This document shows, in pieces, positions 26,801 to 37,800 of a stretch of DNA of 60,824 nucleotides. The stretch comes from Utricularia gibba. Its lineage: Eukaryota; Plantae; Magnoliophyta. Below the pieces are notes generated by a model. The model was not told the DNA's origin. It saw only the letters and a list, made by a program, of their open reading frames with translations, and did not search any database. Made by a program: the position numbers and the translations under genes. Position 1 is the first letter of the stretch. Each line of letters starts with the position of its first letter. The DNA lies in assembly GCA_002189035.1 (NCBI GenBank), contig NEEC01000226.1, positions 1 to 60,824 of the forward strand. Direction: 5' to 3'.

Positions 26801-29308
26801 GAAGCTCGCTCCGAGCCGGTCGAATTTCGTGTTCAAAGTTTCTCCATCCGACGAACCGTTACAGCTCGTATTTTTGCCTGATAATAGCCCACACTTGTGC
26901 CACAAAGTGGCCACCACGTACGCGACAATGCGACTGAGGACACCGCAATCGACGCGAATGTCATTTCATGCATGCAAAACAAATGCATTTCATTCGACGA
27001 TGTTAAATTTCGGATTTCGAGGCGATCCGTTACAGTGCCTCAGGTGCGGTCCAACCCACACCTCATGATGGCCTCGTGCACTGCTTGGTATCTCGTCGAT
27101 ATCTTGTAGTGAGTCTTTGCTTGATATAGCGTTACGAAGCTCGCTCCGAGCCGGTCGAATTTCGTGTTCAAAGTTTCTCCATCCGACGAACCGTTACAGC
27201 TCGTATTTTTGCCTGATAATAGCCCACACTTGTGCCACAAAGTGGCCACCACGTACGCGACAATGCGACTGAGGACACCGCAATCGACGCGAATGTCATT
27301 TCATGCATGCAAAACAAATGCATTTCATTGGACGATGTTAAATTTCGGATTTCGAGGCGATCCGTTACAGTGCCTCGGTGTGGTCCAACCCACACCTCAT
27401 GATGGCCTCGTGCATTGTTTGGTATCTCGTCGATATCTTGCAAACCGTAGTGAGTCACGCTTTGCTTGATATAGCGTTTCGAAGCTCGCTCCGAGCCGGT
27501 CGAATTTCGTGTTCAAAGTTTCTCCATCCGACGAACCGTTACAGCTCGTATTTTTGCCTGATAATAGCCCACACTTGTCCACAAAGTGGCCACCACGTAC
27601 GCGACAATGCGACTGAGGACACCACAATCGACGCGAATGTCATTTCATGCATGCAAAACAATGCATTTCATTCGACGATGTTAAATTTCGGATTTCGAGG
27701 CGATCCGTTACAGTGCCTCCAACCCACACCTCATGATGGCCTCGTGCATTGTTTGGTATCTCGTCGATATCTTGCAAACCGTAGTGAGTCACGCTTTGCT
27801 TGATATAGCGTTACGAAGCTCGCTCCGAGCCGGTCGAATTTCGTGTTCAAAGTTTCTCCATCCGACGAACCGTTACAGCTCGTATTTTTGCCTGATAATA
27901 GCCCACACTTGTGCCACAAAGTGGCCACCACGTACGCGACAATGCGACTGAGGACACCGCAATCGACGCGAATGTCATTTCATGCATGCAAAACAAATGC
28001 ATTTCATTGGACGATGTTAAATTTCGGATTTCGAGGCGATCCGTTACAGTGCCTCAGGTGGTCCAACCCACACCTCATGATGGCCTCGTGCACTGCTTGG
28101 TATCTCGTCGATATCTTCAAACCGTAGTGAGTCACGCTTTGCTTGATATAGCGTTACGAAGCTCGCTCCGAGCCGGTCGAATTTCGTGTTCAAAGTTTCT
28201 CCATCCGACGAACCGTTACAGCTCGTATTTTTGCCTGATAATAGCCCACACTTGTGCCACAAAGTGGCCACCACGTACGCGACAATGCGACTGAGGACAC
28301 CGCAATCGACGCGAATGTCATTTCATGCATGCAAAAAAATGCATTTCATTCGACGATGTTAAATTTCGGATTTCGAGGCGATCCGTTACAGTGCCTCAGG
28401 TGGTCCAACCCACCTCATGATGGCCTCGTGCACTGCTTGGTATCTCGTCGATATCTTCAAACCGTAGTGAGTCACGCTTTGCTTGATATAGCGTTACGAA
28501 GCTCGCTCCGAGCCGGTCGAATTTCGTGTTCAAAGTTTCTCCATCCGACGAACCGTTACAGCTCGTATTTTTGCCTGATAATAGCCCACACTTGTGCCAC
28601 AAAGTGGCCACCACGTACGCGACAATGCGACTGAGGACACCGCAATCGACGCGAATGTCATTTCATGCATGCAAAACAAATGCATTTCATTCGACGATGT
28701 TAAATTTCGGATTTCGAGGCGATCGTTACAGTGCCTCGGTGCGGTCCAACCCACACCTCATGATGGCCTCGTGCATTTGGTATCTCGTCGATATCTTGAA
28801 AACCGTAGTGAGTTTGCTTGATATAGTTTCGAAGCTCGCTCCGAGCCGGTCGAATTTCGTGTTCAAAGTTTCCATCCGACGAACCGTTACAGCTCGTATT
28901 TTTGCCTGATAATAGCCCACACTTGTGCCACAAAGTGGCCACCACGTACGCGACAATGCGACTGAGGACACCGCAATCGACGCGAATGTCATTTCATGCA
29001 TGCAAAACAAATGCATTTCATTCGACGATGTTAAATTTCGGATTTCGAGGCGATCCGTTACAGTGCCTCAGGTTGGTCCAACCCACACCTCATGATGGCC
29101 TCGTGCACTTTGGTTCTCGATATCTTGCAAACCGTAGTGAGTCACGCTTTGCTTGATATAGCGTTTCGAAGCTCGCTCCGAGCCGGTCGAATTTCGTGTT
29201 CAAAGTTTCTCCATCCGACGAACCGTTACAGCTCGTATTTTTGCCTGATAATAGCCCACACTTGTGCCACAAAGTGGCCACCACGTACGCGACAATGCGA
29301 CTGAGGAC

Positions 29309-31230
29309 ACCGCAATCGACGCGAATGTCATTTCATGCATGCAAAACAAATGCATTTCATTCGACGATGTTAAATTTCGGATTTCGAGGCGATCCGTTAC
29401 AGTGCCTCGGGGTGGTCCAACACACCTCATGATGGCCTCGTGCACTTGGTATCTCGTCGATATCTTGCAAACCGTAGTGAGTCCTTTGCTTGATATAGCG
29501 TTTCGAAGCTCGCTCCGAGCCGGTCGAATTTCGTGTTCAAAGTTTCCATCCGACGAACCGTTACAGCTCGTATTTTTGCCTGATAATAGCCCACACTTGT
29601 GCCACAAAGTGGCCACCACGTACGCGACAATGCGACTGAGGACACCGCAATCGACGCGAATGTCATTTCATGCATGCAAAACAAATGCATTTCATTCGAC
29701 GATGTTAAATTTCGGATTTCGAGGCGATCCGTTACAGTGCCTCAGGTTGGTCCAACCCACACCTCATGATGGCCTCGTGCACTGCTTGGTATCTCGTCGA
29801 TATCTTACAAACCGTAGTGAGTCACGCTTTGCTTGATATAGCGTTACGAAGCTCGCTCCGAGCCGGTCGAATTTCGTGTTCAAAGTTTCTCCATCCGACG
29901 AACCGTTACAGCTCGTATTTTTGCCTGATAATAGCCCACACTTGTGCCACAAAGTGGCCACCACGTACGCGACAATGCGACTGAGGACACCGCAATCGAC
30001 GCGAATGTCATTTCATGCATGCAAAACAAATGCATTTCATTCGACGATGTTAAATTTCGGATTTCGAGGCGATCCGTTACAGTGCCTCGGTGTGGTCCAA
30101 CACACCTCATGATGGCCTCGTGCACTTGGTATCTCGTCGATATCTTGAAAACCATAGTGAGTCCTTGCTTGATATAGCATTTCGAAGCTCGCTCCGAGCC
30201 GGTCGAATTTCGTGTTCAAAGTTTCCATCCGACGAACCGTTACAGCTCGTATTTTTGCCTGATAATAGCCCACACTTGTGCCACAAAGGCCACCACGTAC
30301 GCGACAATGCGACTGAGGACACCGCAATCGACGCGAATGTCATTTCATGCATGCAAAACAAATGCATTTCATTGGACGATGTTAAATTTCGGATTTCGAG
30401 GCGATCCGTTACAGTGCCTCAGGTTGGTCCAACCCACACCTCATGATGGCCTCGTGCACTGCTTGGTATCTCGTCGATATCTTACAAACCGTAGTGAGTC
30501 ACGCTTTGCTTGATATAGCGTTACGAAGCTCGCTCCGAGCCGGTCGAATTTCGTGTTCAAAGTTTCTCCATCCGACGAACCGTTACAGCTCGTATTTTTG
30601 CCTGATAATAGCCCACACTTGTGCCACAAAGTGGCCACCACGTACGCGACAATGCGACTGAGGACACCGCAATCGACGCGAATGTCATTTCATGCATGCA
30701 AAACAAATGCATTTCATTCGACGATGTTAAATTTCGGATTTCGAGGCGATCCGTTACAGTGCCTCGGGTGTGGTCCAATGCACACCTCATGATGGCCTCG
30801 TGCCCGTTTGGTATCTCGTCGATATCTTGAAACCATAGTGAGTCAACTTGCTTGATATAGCATTTCGAAGCTCGCTCCGAGCCGGTCGAATTTCGTGTTC
30901 AAAGTTTCCATCCGACGAACCGTTACAGCTCGTATTTTTGCCTGATAATAGCCCACACTTGCCACAAAGTGGCCACCACGTACGCGACAATGCGACTGAG
31001 GACACCGCAATCGACGCGAATGTCATTTCATGCATGCAAAACAAATGCATTTCATTCGACGATGTTAAATTTCGGATTTCGAGGCGATCCGTTACAGTGC
31101 CTCAGGTTGGTCCAACCCACACCTCATGATGGCCTCGTGCAATCTCGTCGATATCTTACAAACCGTAGTGAGTCACGCTTTGCTTGATATAGCGTTACGA
31201 AGCTCGCTCCGAGCCGTCGAATTTCGTGTT
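29309..31230 (+). repeat. Local two-monomer higher-order repeat (~680-690 bp period)
   Basis: Monomers starting at 29644, 30321 and 31004 share A165, A204 and GGTTGG at 102-108. Those at 29989 and 30666 share G101, T106, G172A, G201A and T204. The one at 29309 shares G101 and T204. Confidence 0.7.
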
Positions 31231-31860
31231 CAAAGTTTCATCCGACGAACCGTTACAGCTCGTATTTTTGCCTGATAATAGCCGTGCCACAAAGTGGCCA
31301 CCACGTCGCGACGCTTTGTCATTTCATGATGCATGCAGCGATTAAATTTCGGATTTCGAGGCGATCCGTTACAGTGCCTCAGGTGCGGTCCAGCCGGCAC
31401 TGCTTGGTAATATTTGCGTAGTTCAATATAGCGTTTCCATCGAATTTCGAACCCATCCGACGAACCGTTACAGCTCGTATTTTTGCCTGATAATAGCCCA
31501 CACTTGTGCCACAAAGTGGCCACCACGTACGCGACAATGCGACTGAGGAACCGCAATCGACGAATGTCGCAATGTCATTTCATGCGATCCGCAGTGCCTC
31601 AAAACACCTCATGATGCCTCGTGCACTTTGGTATCATATGGTGACACGATGCGTTAAAGCTTCCGAGCCGGTCGAATTTCGTGTTCAAAGTTTCTCCATC
31701 CGACGAACCGTTGCGATCCTGATAATAGCAGTGCCTGGCGTACGCGGCGACTGAGTCCAACATTTCATGCATGCAAAACAAATGCATTTCATTGGACGAT
31801 GGCCGATCCGTGTGCCTCATGGTGTTCGTGCACTGCTATCTCGTCGATATCTTGCAAACC
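31230..31860 (+). other. Scrambled or degraded repeat block, probable assembly or basecalling artefact
   Basis: Contains only fragments of the monomer, with many short deletions and out-of-order pieces. The normal register resumes at ~31850. Confidence 0.7.
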
Positions 31861-34800
31861 GTAGTGAGTCACGCTTTGCTTGATATAGCGTTTCGAAGCT
31901 CGCTCCGAGCCGGTCGAATTTCGTGTTCAAAGTTTCTCCATCCGACGAACCGTTACAGCTCGTATTTTTGCCTGATAATAGCCCACACTTGTCCACAAAG
32001 TGGCCACCACGTACGCGACAATGCGACTGAGGACACCGCAATCGACGCGAATGTCATTTCATGCATGCAAAACAAATGCATTTCATTCGACGATGTTAAA
32101 TTTCGGATTTCGAGGCGATCCGTTACAGTGCCTCAGGTGCGGTCCAACCCACACCTCATGATGGCCTCGTGCACTGCTTGGTATCTCGTCGATATCTTAC
32201 AAACCGTAGTGAGTCACGCTTTGCTTGATATAGCGTTACGAAGCTCGCTCCGAGCCGGTCGAATTTCGTGTTCAAAGTTTCTCCATCCGACGAACCGTTA
32301 CAGCTCGTATTTTTGCCTGATAATAGCCACACTTGTGCCACAAAGTGGCCACCACGTACGCGACAATGCGACTGAGGACACCGCAATCGACGCGAATGTC
32401 ATTTCATGCATGCAAAACAAATGCATTTCATTCGACGATGTTAAATTTCGGATTTCGAGGCGATCCGTTACAGTGCCTCAGGTTCGGTCCAACCCACACC
32501 TCATGATGGCCTCGTGCACTGCTTGGTATCTCGTCGATATCTTACAAACCGTAGTGAGTCACGCTTTGCTTGATATAGCGTTACGAAGCTCGCTCCGAGC
32601 CGGTCGAATTTCGTGTTCAAAGTTTTCCATCCGACGAACCGTTACAGCTCGTATTTTTGCCTGATAATAGCCCACACTTGTCCACAAAGTGGCCACCACG
32701 TACGCGACAATGCGACTGAGGACACCGCAATCGACGCGAATGTCATTTCATGCATGCAAAACAAATGCATTTCATTCGACGATGTTAAATTTCGGATTTC
32801 GAGGCGATCCGTTACAGTGCCTCGTCCAACCCACACCTCATGATGGCCTCGTGCATTGGTATCTCGTCGATATCTTGAAAACCATAGTGAGTCAAACTTG
32901 CTTGATATAGCCGAAGCTCGCTCCGAGCCGGTCGAATTTCGTGTTCAAAGTTTCGCATCCGACGAACCGTTACAGCTCGTATTTTTGCCTGATAATAGCC
33001 CACACTTGTGCCACAAAGTGGCCACCACGTACGCGACAATGCGACTGAGGACACCACAATCGACGCGAATGTCATTTCATGCATGCAAAACTAATGCATT
33101 TCATTCGACGATGTTAAATTTCGGATTTCGAGGCGATCCGTTACAGTGCCTCAGGTGCGGTCCAACCCACACCTCATGATGCCTCGTGCACTGCTTGGTA
33201 TCTCGTCGATATCTTCAAACCGACACGCTTTGCTTGATATAGCGTTTCGAAGCTCGCTCCGAGCCGGTCGAATTTCGTGTTCAAAGTTTCGACGAACCGT
33301 TACAGCTCGTATTTTTGCCTGATAATAGCCCACACTTGTGCCACAAAGTGGCCACCACGTACGCGACAATGCGACTGAGGACACCGCAATCGACGCGAAT
33401 GTCATTTCATGCATGCAAAACAAATGCATTTCATTGGACGATGTTAAATTTCGGATTTCGAGGCGATCCGTTACAGTGCCTCAGGTGCGGTCCATCATGA
33501 TGGCCTCGTGCACTGTTTGGTATCTCGTCGATATCTTGCAAACCGTAGTGAGTCACGCTTTGCTTGATATAGCGTTACGAAGCTCGCTCCGAGCCGGTCG
33601 AATTTCGTGTTCAAAGTTTTCCATCCGCGAACCGTTACAGCTCGTATTTTTGCCTGATAATAGCCCACACTTGTCCACAAAGTGGCCACCACGTACGCGA
33701 CAATGCGACTGAGGACACCGCAATCGACGCGAATGTCAAATGCAAAACAAATGCATTTCATTCGACGATGTTAAATTTCGGATTTCGAGGCGAACAGTGC
33801 CTCGTCCAACCCACACCTCATGATGGCCTCGTGCACTGCTCGTCGATTTTGCAAACCGTAGTGAGTCACGCTTTGCTTGATATAGCGTTTCGAAGCTCGC
33901 TCCGAGCCGGTCGAATTTCGTGTTCAAAGTTTCTCCATCCGACGAACCGTTACAGCTCGTATTTTTGCCTGATAATAGCCCACACTTGTGCCACAAAGTG
34001 GCCACCACGTACGCGACAATGCGACTGAGGATCGACGCGAATGTCATTTCATGCATGCAAAACAAATGCATTTCATTCGACGATGTTAAATTTCGGATTT
34101 CGAGGCGATCCGTTACAGTGCCTCAGGTGGTCCAACCCACACCTCATGATGGCCTCGTGCACTGCTTGGTATCTCGTCGATATCTTGAAACCGTAGTGAG
34201 TCACGCTTTGCTTGATATAGCGTTTCGAAGCTCGCTCCGAGCCGGTCGAATTTTTGTTCAAAGTTTCCATCCGACGAACCGTTACAGCTCGTATTTTTGC
34301 CTGATAATAGCCCACACTTGTGCCACAAAGTGGCCACCACGTACGCGACAATGCGACTGAGGACACCAATCGACGCGAATGTCATTTCATGCATGCAAAA
34401 CAAATGCATTTCATTCGACGATGTTAAATTTCGGATTTCGAGGCGATCCGTTACAGTGCCTCGGGGTGGTCCAACCCACACCTCATGATGGCCTCGTGCA
34501 CTGTTTGGTATCTCGTCGATATCTTGCAAACCGTAGTGAGTCACGCTTTGCTTGATATAGCGTTACGAAGCTCGCTCGAGCCGGTCGAATTTCGTGTTCA
34601 AAGTTTCTCCATCCGACGAACCGTTACAGCTCGTATTTTTGCCTGATAATAGCCCACACTTGTGCCACAAAGTGGCCACCACGTACGCGACAATGCGACT
34701 GAGGACACCGCAATCGACGCGAATGTCATTTCATGCATGCAAAACAAATGCATTTCATTCGACGATGTTAAATTTCGGATTTCGAGGCGATCCGTTACAG

Positions 34801-37800
34801 TGCCTCAGGTGGTCCAACCCACACCTCATGATGGCCTCGTGCACTGCTTGGTATCTCGTCGATATCTTGCAAACCGTAGTGAGTCACGCTTTGCTTGATA
34901 TAGCGTTCGAAGCTCGCTCCGAGCCGGTCGAATTTCGTGTTCAAAGTTTCTCCATCCGACGAACCGTTACAGCTCGTATTTTTGCCTGATAATAGCCCAC
35001 ACTTGTGCCACAAAGTGGCCACCACGTACGCGACAATGCGACTGAGGACACCGCAATCGACGCGAATGTCATTTCATGCATGCAAAACAAATGCATTTCA
35101 TTCGACGATGTTAAATTCGGATTTCGAGGCGATCCGTTACAGTGCCTCAGGTGCGGTCCAACCCACACCTCATGATGGCCTCGTGCATTTGGTATCTCGT
35201 CGATATCTTGCAAACCGTAGTGAGTCACGCTTTGCTTGATATAGCGTTACGAAGCTCGCTCCGAGCCGGTCGAATTTCGTGTTCAAAGTTTCTCCATCCG
35301 ACGAACCGTTACAGCTCGTATTTTTGCCTGATAATAGCCCACACTTGTGCCACAAAGTGGCCACCACGTACGCGACAATGCGACTGAGGACACCGCAATC
35401 GACGCGAATGTCATTTCATGCATGCAAAACAAATGCATTTCATTCGACGATGTTAAATTTCGGATTTCGAGGCGATCCGTTACAGTGCCTCAGGTCGGTC
35501 CAACCCACACCTCATGATGGCCTCGTGCACTGCTTGGTATCTCGTCGATATCTTGCAAACCGTAGTGAGTCACGCTTTGCTTGATAGCGTTACGAAGCTC
35601 GCTCCGAGCCGGTCGAATTTCGTGTTCAAAGTTTCTCCATCCGACGAACCGTTACAGCTCGTATTTTTGCCTGATAATAGCCCACACTTGTGCCACAAAG
35701 TGGCCACCACGTACGCGACAATGCGACTGAGGACACCGCAATCGACGCGAATGTCATTTCATGCATGCAAAACAAATGCATTTCATTCGACGATGTTAAA
35801 TTTCGGATTTCGAGGCGATCCGTTACAGTGCCTCGGGTGTGGTCCAACCCACACCTCATGATGGCCTCGTGCACTGTTTGGTATCTCGTCGATATCTTGC
35901 AAACCGTAGTGAGTCACGCTTTGCTTGATATAGCGTTTCGAAGCTCGCTCCGAGCCGGTCGAATTTCGTTCAAAGTTTCCATCCGACGAACCGTTACAGC
36001 TCGTATTTTTGCCTGATAATAGCCCACACTTGTGCACAAAGTGGCCACCACGTACGCGACAATGCGACTGAGGACACCGCAATCGACGCGAATGTCATTT
36101 CATGCATGCAAAACAAATGCATTTCATTCGACGATGTTAAATTTCGGATTTCGAGGCGATCCGTTACAGTGCCTCAGGGGTCCAACCCACACCTCATGAT
36201 GGCCTCGTGCACTGCTTGGTATCTCGTCGATATCTTGCAAACCGTAGTGAGTCACGCTTTGCTTGATATAGCGTTCGAAGCTCGCTCCGAGCCGGTCGAA
36301 ATTTCGTGTTCAAAGTTTCTCCATCCGACGAACCGTTACAGCTCGTATTTTTGCCTGATAATAGCCCACACTTGTGCCACAAAGTGGCCACCACGTACGC
36401 GACAATGCGACTGAGGACACCGCAATCGACGCGAATGTCATTTCATGCATGCAAAACAAATGCATTTCATTCGACGATGTTAAATTTCGGATTTCGAGGC
36501 GATCCGTTACAGTGCCTCGTCCAACCACACCTCATGATCTGTGGAAATCTCGTCGATATCTTGTAGTGAGGCTTGATATAGCGTTTCGAAGCTCGAGCCG
36601 GTCGAATTTGTGTTCAAAGTTTCTCCATCCGACGAACCGTTACAGCTCGTATTTTTGCCTGATAATAGCCCACACTTGTGCCACAAAGTGGCCACCACGT
36701 ACGCGACAATGCGACTGAGGACACCGCAATCGACGCGAATGTCATTTCATGCATGCAAAACAAATGCATTTCATTGACGATGTTAAATTTCGGATTTCGA
36801 GGCGATCCGTTACAGTGCCTCAGGTGTGGTCCAACCCACACCTCATGATGGCTCGTGCATTGGTATCTCGTCGATATCTTGCAAACCGTAGTGAGTCATT
36901 GCTTGATATAGCGTTTCGAAGCTCGCTCCGAGCCGGTCGAATTTCGTGTTCAAAGTTTCTCCATCCGACGTCGACAATGCGACTGAGGACACGCAATCGA
37001 CGCGAATGTCATTTCATGCATGAAAAAAATGCATTTCATTGGACGATGTTAAATTTCGGATTTCGAGGCGATCCGTTACAGTGCCTCTGGTCCAACCACA
37101 CCTCATGATGGCCTCGTGCACTGTTGGTACTCGTCGATATCTTGCAAACCGTAGTGAGTCACGCTTTGCTTGATATAGCGTTTCGAAGCTCGCTCCGAGC
37201 CGTCGAATTTCGTGTTCAAAGTTTCTCCATCCGACAACCGTTACAGCTCGTATTTTTGCCTGATAATAGCCCACACTTGTGCCACAAAGTGGCCACCACG
37301 TACGCGACAATGCGACTGAGGACACCGCAATCGACGCGAATGTCATTTCAATGCAAAACAAATGCATTTCATTCGACGATGTTAAATTTCGGATTTCGAG
37401 GCGATCCGTTACAGTGCCTCAGGTGCGGTCCAACCCACACCTCATGATGGCCTCGTGCACTGCTTGGTATCTCGTCGATATCTTGCAAACCGTAGTGAGT
37501 CACGCTTTGCTTGATATAGCGTTTCGAAGCTCGCTCCGAGCCGGTCGAATTTCGTGTTCAAAGTTTCTCCATCCGACGAACCGTTACAGCTCGTATTTTT
37601 GCCTGATAATAGCCCACACTTGTGCCAAAGTGGCCACCACGTACGCGACAATGCGACTGAGGACACCGCAATCGACGCGAATGTCATTTCATGCATGCAA
37701 AAAAAATGCATTTCATTCGACGATGTTAAATTTCGGATTTCGAGGCGATCCGTTACAGTGCCTCTGGTCCAACCCACACCTCATGATGGCCTCGTGCACT

